NCBI GenBank assembly: GCA_033442325.1 | Contig: JAWQFM010000015.1 | Coordinates: 1,338,858-1,402,857 of the forward strand | Direction of reading: 5' to 3' | DNA: 64,000 bases | DNA from: Salpingoeca rosetta | Taxonomy: Eukaryota; Protista; Choanoflagellata | Shown here: in pieces, positions 19,224 to 42,909 of the stretch | Layout of the letters: the number at the start of each line of letters is the position of its first letter | Numbering within the stretch: the stretch's first letter is position 1 | Translations under genes and position numbers: made by a program | The notes under the pieces: model-generated | Databases searched by the model: none | What the model was told of the DNA's origin: nothing | Seen by the model: only the letters and a program-made list of their open reading frames with translations

Positions 19224-21598
19224 TACACACACACACGCATACACGCATACACACACACACACCACTCGGCCTCTGCGCGCTGTTCGACGGCCGTGTACTC
19301 CGAGGTCATGAGCGCGACGAGAAGATTGAGGAGGAGGACAACAGCCAGCAGCATAAACCCAACAAAGTACACGTGCTGCAGCCACAGGAGTTCGGGGTAG
19401 GTTTCGCGCGCATGCGACGCCGCCGCTGTGGCCACGCTGCCACCATCACTGCTGCTGCCGCCGCTGCTGCTGTTCACTGCGGTGGTTCGGTCCAGATGGT
19501 TGGTGTCGATGAAGGGGCCTTCGAGGCCAACGATGACGTTCATCTCGCCAAACAGCATCATGAAGACGGAGAGGAGGGACGCCAGCACGGTCGTGTGTCC
19601 TTCTGCACGCGCACGATAGACGCAGAAGAAGGCCAAAGCAAAGCCCGCAATGCCAAGCACAAGCACGAGCAGGAACGAGCGCAAGCGTGCAACCATGCGG
19701 GCCACCATCTTCATGAACACGCCCGTGCTGCGGAAACCGCGCAGGAAGTACATGGTGCCAAAGGGGATGCACAGCGCGGCGGCAGAGGCAAGCGCGTACT
19801 GCTCCGGCAGTCGCAACGCGTGCAGGGCAAACGTGGCGGCACTGAGCGCATAGGACAGCAGGAGAAGCGTGCGCCAGCCCTCATGGAGCCGCCGCCAGCC
19901 GCCGTGAAGCAGTAGCCACGGCCCAGCAAGCAAAGCAAGCAGCACCACCAGCAGGCCAAGCGCAGTCCAGCCAGCCACCACATGCCACGACGGCGTGGTG
20001 GTGGTGAGGCGACCCGGAGTTGCCGTCAGCAGCGTTGGACGGTCCGAGGTAAGATCGTCGCGCGCAACGTGGACAAGGGACGCCAGCATGGTAACAGCAA
20101 ACACGCTGTGCAACGCGAAGAGCGCCAGGAAGGTGCGCCGAACGCGCGTGTGCCAGTGCCAAAGCACCACACACTGGATCGCTGCTGTCGTAAACACGTC
20201 CGTCTGTCCATGCTGCGCACAGTAGCTGAGGAGGTCAAGGTGGCGGTGGAGGTTCGGCAGTGCAACAGCGAACGTGCTCACGGGTGCTGCTGATGCGGTC
20301 GTGGTCGTGTTCGTGTTTGTGGTCTTCCAAGCACCCTTGTTGCTGGCGAGATTGCCATTGTCTGTGCGGTGCAATGCAGTGCCTTGCGTCGTGCTGCAGT
20401 GGGGAAGAACGGTGAATGCGAGGCCACTCTCCACGGTGACAGTGGCGTGGGAGTGCAAGGCTGGGCTGCATGTCACCACAGTGTCCAGGAAAGGCGGCAG
20501 CAGCCGAGGAAATGTCTGGGCGAGCGGCAGCAGCGCAGCCGTCCAGCCCAAGCGCGTGCTGTGTTGGTGTTGATGATGACGATGATGATAATTATGTTTG
20601 TTGTTGCGCAGTGAGACAAAAGGGAATAAATGGTCATGTCACGGAATGTCACATCACACCATGTAACGTAATGTAACGTGAACTTTCGACGCATGTGTGT
20701 GTGTGTGTGCCTTTTGCTCAAATCCACTTCCTCCTCACCCCTCACCCCTCACCCCTCACCCCCTCACCCCCCGCCACCTCCCTCACCTTGACGTGGGTTG
20801 GTGCTTGATGTTGGAGAGGATGGCTTGCACGGCGCGCCGCTCGTGGCGATCAATGGACCACAGCAGAGGCGATGATACCATTGATGACGATAGGAAAGTG
20901 TGGTGAGGGGTTTGGTGAGCGTGCTCAGCGGTGGGGTGGCGTAGTGAAGCTGGGGCGGAAGGGTGTGGCGGCGTGAGGGCGAGTGGACGCTGGGGCAGTT
21001 CAATGAGGCCGCCGACGACGACGTCAACGTTTGCATCGCTGCTGACGTGCGCTAGGGCGTGGTGCAGCAGTGTCTGCTGGCTGCCCTTTGTTCGCGCCAT
21101 GCACAGCGGGTAGGACGTTGTCATGCACCGCGCAACTACTTCTGCTTGCACGGGTGTCGGCAGCGCGTGCGTTGTCTGTTGACACGTGTCCAATACACGT
21201 GACATGCACCATGCAGCGAACCCGCTGTCAATGTCCCACACGCGCACCACGCCATCTCGGCTCACGCTCACCACCTACAGAACTCAAGGGCAAAGGCAAG
21301 GATAACGAAAGATTCGGAATCGATGAGACACAGCGTGTGGTACTGAGACACAGGAGAGAGGTGACAGACGGCAACTCACTCGAGGCGCTACCCTTGCGTC
21401 TGTCAACAACAATTCCAGGCACACACAGCCAGCACACAAAACACATGTGTGCAAGCCCTCTCTGCTATCACAAGCCATATACCCACCCACACACACATAC
21501 AAGCCATGTACCCCCTCCCCCAGACCCAGACCCACCCACATCCACACCCACATCCACCCACACACCCCCCCCCCCCCCCACCCACACACACACACACA

Positions 21599-21649
<51 letters not shown>

Positions 21650-22389
21650 CCCACACATACACACAGACAGACAAACACACCTGGGTGTCGTTGTGGGTGA
21701 GGGCAAAGGCGGTGGCTGCATCAGTCCGGTCTTGCTGGAAGGTGAGCAGTGGAGCCAGCGTGGACTGGTCCCAGACCACGATGCGATTGTCCTTGCCAGC
21801 CGTGACAAGATACTGGTCTGCAACGTTGGCCTGTACAAACAGCACAAAGGACGCGTGTGCGTGCAACGTATGCATTGCTGCTGCCGTAGCCACATGCCAC
21901 ACCATCACCAGCCCATCTGCTCGTCCAAACACACACACACACACACACACGCACGCACGCAACAAGTGCAGAGTGAGTCGCATTCGTCAACAGTCTCACG
22001 GACAACTGAAATGTCCTTACCTATCACCACGTGCATCGTTCAAGTGCTCCAAAACAAACAGTTGTACAAAACACATGTACACCGCTCACCTTCACCGCCC
22101 GTGACAAGGTGATCTGCATCTTTCCAGCTCAAGCACTTGACGGCGCGCGTGTGTCCAACCAGGATTTGTTGCGGCGACACAATCTCCAGCTCATCATGTC
22201 CAGCACCTTCACAACGCAAGCGCAGCGCCGTCCTGCGTGAGATTGTGAAGTGCATGCGGTCATGCAGACGCGCATACGAATTCCTGCTCGTTGACATCAA
22301 CACAACTACGAACCTCCCCACACTCGCGCACGCACGCACGCACTTCACAACACCCTCACTCACAATACAGCTTGCCCCCTCCCCCAACA

Positions 22390-22451
<62 letters not shown>

Positions 22452-24184
22452 AACACACTCACTCACACACACACACCAACACACTCACTCACACACAAAC
22501 ACACACACACACACATACACACCTGCTGTGCTCCAGTCCCAGATGTGCACGACAAAATCGCCGCCTCCTGTGGCGATGGTGCGACCTGTTGGGGAGAATG
22601 CGCCACACACCACCCGTCCCGCGTGCCCACGGTACCATCGCACGAGCCCAGGCTCGCCTCCTCCAACGCCCTCACCACCACCACCACCACCACCACCGCC
22701 ACTGCTGCTGCTGCTGTTTGTTGTCGTCAGCGTGAGGACGGCAGCCCCCGTGTTGGTGCAGACAAGAAGGCCTTTAGAATCGGCACTGACGTGAATGCTG
22801 CGCACGAGGCCCGGCAGCTCCACAATCACGGGCAGTGAAGGTGGGCTGGTATGTGCAGCCGTTGTGCAGTCAGGTTCAGCACCGATTTGCGACAGAACAA
22901 CCATGTGCTCAATACCAACCGCCACACAGCGCCCATTTGGTGTACACGCGCACACGCGTGGGACACCAGCGCACGGTTGCTCCATTCGTTGCAGCACGTG
23001 CCCACTCGTGGCGGAGATGATGAGCACCTCATTGTGGGTGGTCGCAACAACAACGTCGCCACCAAACCCTTGCAGTGCACAGCAAGACGTAAAGGGCGCG
23101 GCCCTGTGAGGCACAGCAGTCTCATCCAGCAGTGACGGAGAGGTTGCACACTCGTCAAAGGTAAAATAGCGAGCTCTGCCCTCTTCTTGCTCGTGTTCAA
23201 GCGTATGGTCGTGGTCTCCTTGTCGAATGTAACAGCCATCGGCACCAAAATCGCCGTCGCCATGACTGGCGTCAGCACCGGTGATATGCGTGGTGTTCTC
23301 GTCATCGTTGTTGGCGGCACACGAGGCGGCACTGCTTCCGCCACCAAACGCTGCGAATGCGACGGTTTTGCCTGCAGGCACAGTTGCTGCTGGCGTGAAT
23401 GACCTGCGCAGACCGCAGGACGAGAGATCCCACCCAACACAGCAGCCAGCCCGATCCGTGGAGAAGAGCAGGTCAGTGCCGTCGTGTGAAAAGCGCAACG
23501 ATGTGACCCAGTCTTGGTGTGCGTGGAGCGTGAACAGCAATGCACCGCTCTGTACATCCCACATAAGAACAATGCCCGCCTCCCCACCAGCCACCACCCG
23601 ATTATGGCGCGGCGACCAGGCGACTGCTCGCAGCGAGTGGTGGTGACCATGGAATCTGCGCTCAACCACACCATTGACAGCAGCAGCAACAGGTGATTGC
23701 ATAACACCTGTCACGCCAGACATGTTGTTGGCTATCTCCGCTCCCCCGTTTCCATTTACACCACCACCACTACCACCACCACCACCACCACCGGAAATGT
23801 TGTCCAGGATGGCGATGAAGCCGTCAGCACCGACGATACACGCGCGGGAGCCCGTGCCATCGAACGCAGCTGCTGTGAGCCGCCCTGGGGCAAATGATGT
23901 CCACACAAGCCGGTGTGTGTTCGCTCCTGTGTTCACCCACCACAGCTTGGCTTGGCCCGCGTTGCACACGGAGAGATACGCGCGGTCCCATTCCCACAAT
24001 CCGAGCGTGCGCGCCTGTGACCGCGGCAGCACGCACCCGGCGATGCAGCGAACCACGTCAAGATGGCGCCCAAGAACCAGGTCCGAAGAAGCGTGTGTCT
24101 CGGGGTTAGGGACCAGGTCTCCATCGCGGAGCTGGACGCACACGTGAATACTGTGGTCTGCTGCCGCTGCAAACACAATCGCGC

Positions 24185-24232
<48 letters not shown>

Positions 24233-25161
24233 GCCCATACACATCTGAGTGCTGGTTCTGTGTTACGTGGGGTGCTGTGACGTGGCCCAGGAAGCAGCAT
24301 TCGACGTCTGTGTTGAGGTCGTACACACCCATGTCGCAGCAGCCAGCACCGAGCGAGCCCACAGTGACCTGCCCGTCTTCGAAACAAACGGCCATTATCG
24401 CAGGGCGCACTGAGGAAGGGGTTGAAGTCAGGCCACGGCGCTGTGGATATGCGGAAGGATCGCCGACACCACTCGCATCGGTACTGTTGTGGTACATTGT
24501 CAGCGTGTCTGGCGGTGCAAGGCAGTGCATGGCGACAATAGGTGCCGGGTGATTGCGCGTGCCGAAGCGGAGGGCCTGGCACGCTGCATGCACAGACACG
24601 ACGCTGATGGTTCCGTCAGGGTGGGCCACGGCAGCAGCGGTGCTGGTGGTGTTGGTTGACGGTGTACGCGAAGATGGGATGATGCAGCACGACTTGGCGG
24701 GGGAGTCCAGGAGCTGCACGTGCTGTCGTGCTGGAGGCAGGTTGCGTGTCCAAGGTGCGTGCAGCGATGCCAGCGCGTGTATGTGCGCTGGCGCTGTTGT
24801 TGTAAATGACCAGAGGCACGCCATGTCGTCGCTTGCCGCAGTCGCGAGAATGGGGCGAGAGGGATGCACAGCCAGTGACAGAACGAAACCAGCATGTGCG
24901 GTGACGTGATGTTGGCATGTGTAGTCTGCCATGCTCCACACGCAAACACGTGCGTCCTCTCCGGCGCTGAAGAGGCGGTTACCGCTGACATCAAAGGCCA
25001 CTGCCTTGATGGCGCTTGTGTGGCCTTGAAGGCACACAGTATTGAAGTGCTGCTGCTGCCGCCGTTTTCGAGCTGTTGACGACCCACTGTTGGCGCTGCG
25101 CTTTCCTTCTTGTTGCCGCTGCATACCGTTGTTACGCCCATCAAGCGTTGGTACGCACGCT

Positions 25162-25193
<32 letters not shown>

Positions 25194-25388
25194 TGTTGCT
25201 GAGGTGGACAATTTGCGGGGAAGAAGCCACACGCGCACGATGTGGTCGCCGGATCCTGTGGCCACCGTGGTGTGTTGGCGCGGATGCCAGGCCACGGCGG
25301 TGACACGTGCATGCATGCAATCGAGGACGGCACAGCGTCGCTGTGGAGACGGTCGCATAGGGTCGGTTTGATAGGGATGTTAGTGGAT

Positions 25389-25423
<35 letters not shown>

Positions 25424-25521
25424 AGACAAGAGGGCAAATGCTCGTTTCGCCATAGAGGAGATACATACAGTTTGTCGGGTGCACGATTGTGCGTACGTGG
25501 AAACCGACGCTCACACACACA

Positions 25522-25554
<33 letters not shown>

Positions 25555-25886
25555 CATGGTAGATGCTTTGGAGATGGAGATGATGTGTGCTGCGCCGTCG
25601 TTTCCGCCCAGGGCGAGATACTTTCGATCCGGGCGCCAGGCGACAGCGCGAAGCGTGGTCACCATGTCCAGCCTGAGCGGGCACGCATGCGTGTGGGAAT
25701 GTGTATGTGTGTGGGAATGTATGTGCGTGTGTGTGTGTGCGTGCGTGTGTGTGTGTGTGTCAAGGCATGACGAAGGTACATCCACACGGGGAACATGACA
25801 ACAGTATAACGTAGACATGCAGAAAAAGCGACTCAGTGAGTGAATGAATGACTGGTGTCATACCCATTCGTACCCAGCAACACACA

Positions 25887-25917
<31 letters not shown>

Positions 25918-27214
25918 GCGCACACACACCGCACCGAGAGATGGTGTTGAGGGAGCCCGTGGCAGAGACGGTGAGGAGGTGGCAGGCGTTGTTGCTAATG
26001 GCCGCGAGAAGGGAGTGGCTGCGTTTGCCCAGCTTCGCCGTGCTTGCAAGCGCAATGGCAGTGATTGGGGCCGGCATCCTGTGCTTGCAGGCAAGCCGGC
26101 GGGTCGGCACATGCCAGGCGCACACAGTTCGGTCCACGGAGGCAGTGATGAGCAGCTCATTGCTTGCTGCAAAGGTGGCTGAGGTCACGGCGTCTTGGTG
26201 CCCCAGCAGCTGCCCAACAAACACACCATCGTCACTCCACAGGCGCACCGTTGCATCGGCCGAACACGTGGCAAGCAGCACGGCGTCATCACCGCGCTGT
26301 TGCATGAACGTGCATGCAAGCACAGCGTCGTCGTGTGTTCGCCCGGCGTTTCGGCCGCCAAGCCCGTCCACGGCACGACCCCGACTGCTGTCCTGCTCAC
26401 AGCCCTCGCTCTCACCCTCAAGCACATGAGAACGGTGGTTGCTGGTGTCTGTGCCAGCTGCCAACGACTGCACCTCTACGCCACGCTGCAAATCCCACAT
26501 GCGCAGTGTACCGTCAGTGCTGCACGTGGCCACCATGTCGTCACCCTGAACATTGTTATTATTGTCCACGAGGGCATCAGCCGGTGGTGCGCGCCAAAGC
26601 ACAACGCCAGTCACCACATCCGTGTGTCCCGTCAGAACCTTGAGCAAGGCAAGACTTTGCGTGTTCCACACGCGCACGGCTTGGTCTGTGAAGCCGGCAG
26701 CAAGCAGGCCGGCGTCGGCGCTCAGCGACATGGCGGTCACAGCCACGCCTGTGTCGCTCCCATGCACTGTTTGCACGTTTTGCTTGCGCTGCCTCTTGGG
26801 ACCAGAGCCAACGTGCCAGATGTACATGCGGCCATGGCTGTCACCGACTGCAACTGTGCTGTTGGCGTCATAGGCAGCACTGCAACATGTGGCGTCGGCC
26901 TTCAGCTTGATGCGCGCCGTCACGTGGCCCGTGTCCAGGTCATGCAGGGTCGCCAGCTTCCCACCCACAGCGGCGTATGCGTACAGCAGCGGGAGCAGCA
27001 CGCCCGCTGTGAGGATGTCATCGAGGTCAGTCGCCACTTGCTTCGTGTGCCGGGAGGCAGCGTGTTGCTTCGCCAGTGTCAGGTACGCGTGTGCGCGGCG
27101 CGGCTGTAAGGGGGCCCCTTGCGCTTTCGTCTGTCCTTCTGCTTGCTGGCCGTACCTGCTGTTGCTGTTGTGCCTGGATGCTGTAGTCGAGGACAGCGGC
27201 GACCTACCATCAGG

Positions 27215-27282
<68 letters not shown>

Positions 27283-28254
27283 GAATTGGTTGCGGCTGCG
27301 AGATTGTGGCGGCTGTTGTATTGCTGAACAGCCAATCAGGTTCATCCTGGGACGGCGGGCACTGTTGCGTCTTGGCGAGCTGTGGCACCGAGCTGGCTGG
27401 TTGGATGAGGGACAAGGGGCGAGGCGCATTAGTGCTCTGGAAGGAGAGCGGGCGGGAGAACGTGGTGAGGCCAATAAGATTGCCTGCAGGCAAGGTCTTG
27501 GCGGCCGGGGAGTGGCTGTGATGAAACGTGCTGGCGTCAGCCCCAGGTTCCAGGCGCAGTGTGGTTGGGCGATGCCGGGTGTGCAGCACAATGACGTCCT
27601 GCGTCCTGTCGTCCGTGAGAAGCAGCGAGCTTGTGTCAGTTGTGGACTGGGGTGTGTCTGCTGCTGCAGCGGGCACGGCGATGGAGTCGATGATGCGGCC
27701 ATCTTGCGTGTTGACCAGCATTACGCATCCATCTCCTGTCAGCACACACAACAGTTCTGACGACTGCACGAAACCGCACTGCGCCGCATCGCGCACCTCC
27801 GTTGCAACCTCCTGCAAACGTGCATGTTTGTTTGTGTGTTTGTTTGTGTGTTTGTTTGTTTGTTTGTTTGTTTGTTTGTGTGCATGGTGTGTGTGTTTGC
27901 ATGTGTGTGCACGCGTGTGTGTGTGTGTTTGCATGTGTGTGTGTGTGTGTGTGTGTTTGCATGTGTGTGCACGCGTGTGTGCAAGTGTGTGTGCAGGGAA
28001 GAGTCAAACGAGATGTCATGTCACATCATGTCACGTTGTTGCGCAGCCACCCGAATACAAACACACTCATCACTGCAAGTCAGGCTATCTCAACAAGCCA
28101 TGTCACAGCCTTTCTAACAACATACGGTGGAAGAGTTCCATAGAGTGCATGTTCCAGCCTGGGAGCGGGCTGCGAGCCATCGGTTTCCAGGGGTGCCCCC
28201 TTCTTGCTGGGTGCACCTCAGCTCCACCCAGCTCCTCTCGTTGCTGCTCTGCAT
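18750..28254 (-). CDS. WD40-repeat / TRP-like cation channel fusion (~2440 aa, 9 exons)
   Basis: Proposed exons 28254-28126, 27811-25935, 25672-25555, 25340-22519, 22232-22090, 21916-21681, 21274-20787, 20558-19263, 18972-18750 sum to 7332 nt. Many GH...WD repeats, then a multi-TM region with [15 protein letters not shown], pore FMMLFGE, S6 [14 protein letters not shown] and TRP-box-like AEAEWYQELA. One junction near 22.2-22.5 kb has an alternative in-frame solution. Confidence 0.85.
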
Positions 28255-28473
28255 TGTCTCTCACCAACCACAAACAAACGGTTTGAATCGTTGGCGGCAC
28301 GAAAATTATGTGTATCTTTCAACAAATCTGCGGGTGCGGTTATGGACAGGTCGAGGAAAAGAGCAGAGTGGCAAACTGGCGTGGAGGTGGTATTGTGAAC
28401 AAGGCACCACAGCAGCAGGCGACAGCAGCAGGCGACATCAGCCGACACAAACGGCTCTTAAGATAACTGCGGG

Positions 28474-30767
28474 CTACACGTCTGTTGACGCTGCATCATG
28501 GCCAGTCTGTTCCGATCGTTCACTCCGTTCAGTGACTGCTTCCTGTTCATCCTGCTGCTGCTGTTGTCGATGCTGGCGCGCTTGCATGCGGCGTTGTCGG
28601 CGGACCTGAGCGGGCTCCTGCTGCTCCTGGGCAGATGCGAGGGCGTGCTCGTTGAGCTTGCGTGCCAGGTCTACGTCTCGCTTCTCTCGCTGCGCCCGCG
28701 CAAGCAAGCTGCGCTGCATCTGCAGGAAGCGGCGTTCCTCCTCGCTCGCGGCTGTGAAGTCCAGAAACTCCTCTGCTTCCTCGTCGTCGTCGTCCATATC
28801 CGCATCCCCGCCGTCCACGCTCACGGGCTGCTGCCTCCCTGTTGCGCTGCTTCGTCCACTCTGCGTGCCACTGCCACCTGCACTCCGCCGCCCCCGGCCC
28901 TGGCGCACGTGTTGTGCGTGTTGTGCGCGCACGCCGTGCTCCTCGATCTCCTGCAGTCTTCGCGCCAGCTCGGCGTCGCTGTCCAGCTGCTCATCCGGGA
29001 TGGACGCTGGCTCCGATAGCCGCCGCGCCAGCGCCTCGTCCGCCGCTGTGTGCGCGTGTATGTGATTGTGAGCGAGTGAGTGTGTGTGAACACGTGTGAG
29101 AGAGAGTGTGTGTGTGTGCGTGTGTGAATACGTGTGTGTGCATGTGTGTGTGTGCATGTGTGTGTGTGTGTGCATGTGTGTGATTGTGAGTGAGCGAGTG
29201 AGAGGAGAGAGAGAGTGTGTGTGTGTCGCTGACAATCACACAAACCACCACCGCTTCCCTTCCCTCGCCCCACGATCTTGACCAACCTACCAACTGTGTC
29301 TGGGTCCTGTCGTTTTGCTTCCGCCTCTGCAGCTAGTCTCGCTTCCTCCTCCTGCAGCTGGCGCGCAAAGCTCTCATCTGTACCACGTGCATATTTGTGA
29401 GTGAGAGGAGTGCGCGTGTGTGTGGGGGGGGGGATGATTGATGATACTGTCTGCAAGGTCGGACGCATGTCAAGACATAGTACACCAGCAACAGTGCTCA
29501 GACTGACCTTGTTGCTCCGTCTGTTCACCGTTTCAGAAGAATGCAAGGAGAAGCAAGCAAGATCGATCAAGAGGTTGTGAGGACACCGCGTGGCAGCGAT
29601 CACACTTCCCACCACACCGCTCCACACCACACATTACACCGCACCGCTCCACACCACGATGCAAACACAGGTGTACGGGACTATACCTTCTTCACCTCCT
29701 CTGCAGACACGGTGATGAACAGGGAGTACCGCAAGGAGCACGTGGGGGTGAGCACGAGTGCAAGCAGCGAAAAGAGGTCATCAGCTTTGTCAGGGAACCC
29801 AAAATTAAGCACCGCCACACAGGCCCGGGCACGCTTCAAAATAGGCATGCCCTCAGGTGCACACACGCAAACACACACACACGCACACACATGCACAGAG
29901 CGTTGCATACCAAGGTGGGCCTCTTGTAGCTTTGCTGCCAATTCAGCATCGATTCTCTGTTGCCGCTCTCGCTCCAGACGCGCTTCTTCCTGTGGGCAGC
30001 GTTTTGGAGCGCACATGATGGCGAACAGCAAGGTGAGTGTATGCCAACCAAGTTGCAACAGAGCACACGCGCAAAGCGGGCACGCAGCATCGCTCTCAGG
30101 CACGCACACACACACACACACACACGCACACACACACACACACACACAAGCACACACATACACACACACGCACACACACACACATACATACTTCTTCTTT
30201 GGCCAAAAGTTCCTGCAGTGCACGCTCCGCTGCCTCCTCCTGGCAAGCAGAGTGGTGTGAGATACTGTCAGCGAGGGTTGGCGTTTGTGTGGAGTGGGTG
30301 CGTGCACGTTGGGGCATTGTGCATACCTCAGCTTGCCGCTGTCTACGAAGCTCTTCCTCTTCTGTCTGCTGTCGCTGAACAGCCATTCGCCTGTCTCGCG
30401 CAGACATGCGTGCAGAGTGCTGATTCCACGACCTTTTCTCGTCCCCTGTGCGTGTGTGTGTGTGTGTGTGTGATTGATTGATGTGTGTGTGTGTGTGAAG
30501 ATGCGTGTGTGTGTGCGTGGTTGATTGATGTGGTTGGAGTGCATGGTGCGTGGAAGAGATCAAGACGAACATATTCGATGACCAACACTCACGCACACAC
30601 ACACACGTGTACACGCTCATGTGCGGGTGCAAAGTTGACGTACAGTAGTGTTCGCCAAGATGGTTTGCAAGAGCCTCATCCTCCCGCTCACGCCATGTCG
30701 ACGCAGCTGTCAAACATGAGCATGCAGTGTGATGTGTTCATGTGTGCGTGTGTGTATGACAACATAG

Positions 30768-30805
<38 letters not shown>

Positions 30806-30864
30806 GGACAGACAGACAGACACACACACACACACACACACAGACAGACACACACACAAACACA

Positions 30865-30935
<71 letters not shown>

Positions 30936-30964
30936 CGCTTGAACGACTCCGACCGCTCCGCCAT
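28474..30964 (-). CDS. CCDC50-like coiled-coil protein with repeated MIU-like ubiquitin-binding motifs
   Basis: Exons give [74 protein letters not shown]. Internal short exons are only approximately resolved. Confidence 0.6.
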
Positions 30965-31878
30965 ATCCGAGGTCAAAGTTTACTTTGCGAAATTTTCAGC
31001 AAAAGCAAAATTGACTACAGCGCCCTGACAAACGATACCCCCATGTAGGACCTTCAAGCACGGTGGAATGTGCACTGCATTTCAAACCATCGCCACCACT
31101 GTGGTTGGGAGCGTGTGCTGACCAACACCCCCTGCAACAAACGTTTACAGCATGCCACTTCTCGCACGCTGTCACTCGCCCGCTCGCTCTGATACTTTGC
31201 TCGCTTGTGCGCGAGAGAGGGAGGGTGTCTTGCCAACCAGCCAGCCAACCAGGCACAACCACAACCACGCACGTAGCAATTCAGACTGTCAAGCACGCAA
31301 GCAGCAAAACACTCTCTCCAACCAGCCCCAAGCAATCAGTTTGGTGCGTTTGCCCGCACGTTGGCCCTTCTTTCGCTGGCGCTGGACCCCCGATCGCGTG
31401 TGCTTCGTCATTGCTCGTTCGCTGCATTGCCTTTCTGCTTGCCTCCCTGCTTTCCTTTCGACCCGCCTGCTTCTTGTGTGACCTTGTGACGTTGTGGCGG
31501 CGGCCTGTGCCTGTGCTGGTAGTAACCATTTCATCGTGGACACCTCTGTGCACAGGGTGTCCATGATCAACTTTCAACACATCTTCTCACCAGTGCAGCA
31601 GAGGCAGCATTGCCGTTCACACGCGAGACGACAGCAAGGTGTGTGTGTGTGTTTGCGCGTTTGCGCGTTTGAGAGGCGTGAGGCAGGTTGACGCTCTCTT
31701 GTCTCTTGTTTGTCATTTTTCTCAGCCTTCATGAAAGCTGTCACATGCCTTCCAGTGCCCTCGTCTTTCTCTTCGTTTGTTGATCAATCAAACACACACA
31801 CACACACACACATCATCATCATCATCATCATCACACTCACACACACACACACACACACGCTCACTCACTCACATCATC

Positions 31879-31926
<48 letters not shown>

Positions 31927-32042
31927 TCACTCACTCACTCACTCACATCATCACCCACTTCCGCCCCAACATCCCCCCCCCCGCTGCACTCCTTACATCA
32001 TCATCAACGTCATCAATGTTGTCGTCATCATCGCCATCAAAA

Positions 32043-41945
<9,903 letters not shown>

Positions 41946-42909
41946 GCAGCATGCTGCCGTTGTTGCCACAGTGCACTGCTTCCGTTACCATCGTGACGCG
42001 GACGCTTAGCTTCTTCTTGACTCTTGTTATGACACCTGTGACAGCAATCATGCTCGGTTACAGGAACACACACGCAATCCCCGCTTTCACGGTGTTTGCT
42101 TTTGCTTCTTTCTTGTTCTTTCCTGCTGCGCGCACGCACGCGCGAATGCAACCACAGCTTCATTGCTTCTACGTGCCACTCTACGCTTCTCGCTACTCGT
42201 TGACCTGCATGCCCTTGAATCTTTCTTTATGTAATGGATGCGTGATTCAATTTGCTAACACACGTTGCGTTGCCTTGTTGCTTTCTGCCCTGCCTTTTGG
42301 ATCTCTTTCATTGATTGACTGCTTGCTTGATTGATTATGTTATGGACCGCCTTTTGTTGCTCTTTTTTTTTTTTTTTATCTGTATGCTGCGCTCAAAGGA
42401 GAGCCAGCACGCCACTTACACTAAACCACCACCACAACAACATCGACAACACCGACAACGACAACAACACCAACATACATCCATTCATTGCATCACTTTC
42501 ACTCGTGTTTTTGTCATGGCCCTGATTTGCTTCCTTTCGTTGTCGCTTGGCTTGCTGGCATGCACGCACTGCTGTGTATTGCTTGTCGTCTGGGAGCCAA
42601 AGTCACAATGTGTAATATTATGTTACATCATCATCATCAACAGCAGCAGCAGCAGCATCATCAGCAGCAGCAGCAGCGATACGTGGCGATGGATGACACA
42701 CATAATTGCTTGTGTGCGTACGCACAAGCAGACTGGCAGAGCGGTGCAAACCTACAACAAAACAACAAGGGAAGAATTGAGGAGGAAGAATTGAGGTTGA
42801 CTACACTTTACCTCAACCTCAACCCCCCTCCCCCGCCTCCACAAACCAAACAACCGCTACCCTTGTTACTTGTTACTTCGGCTACTTGTTTCTCATTACT
42901 TGCTACTTG

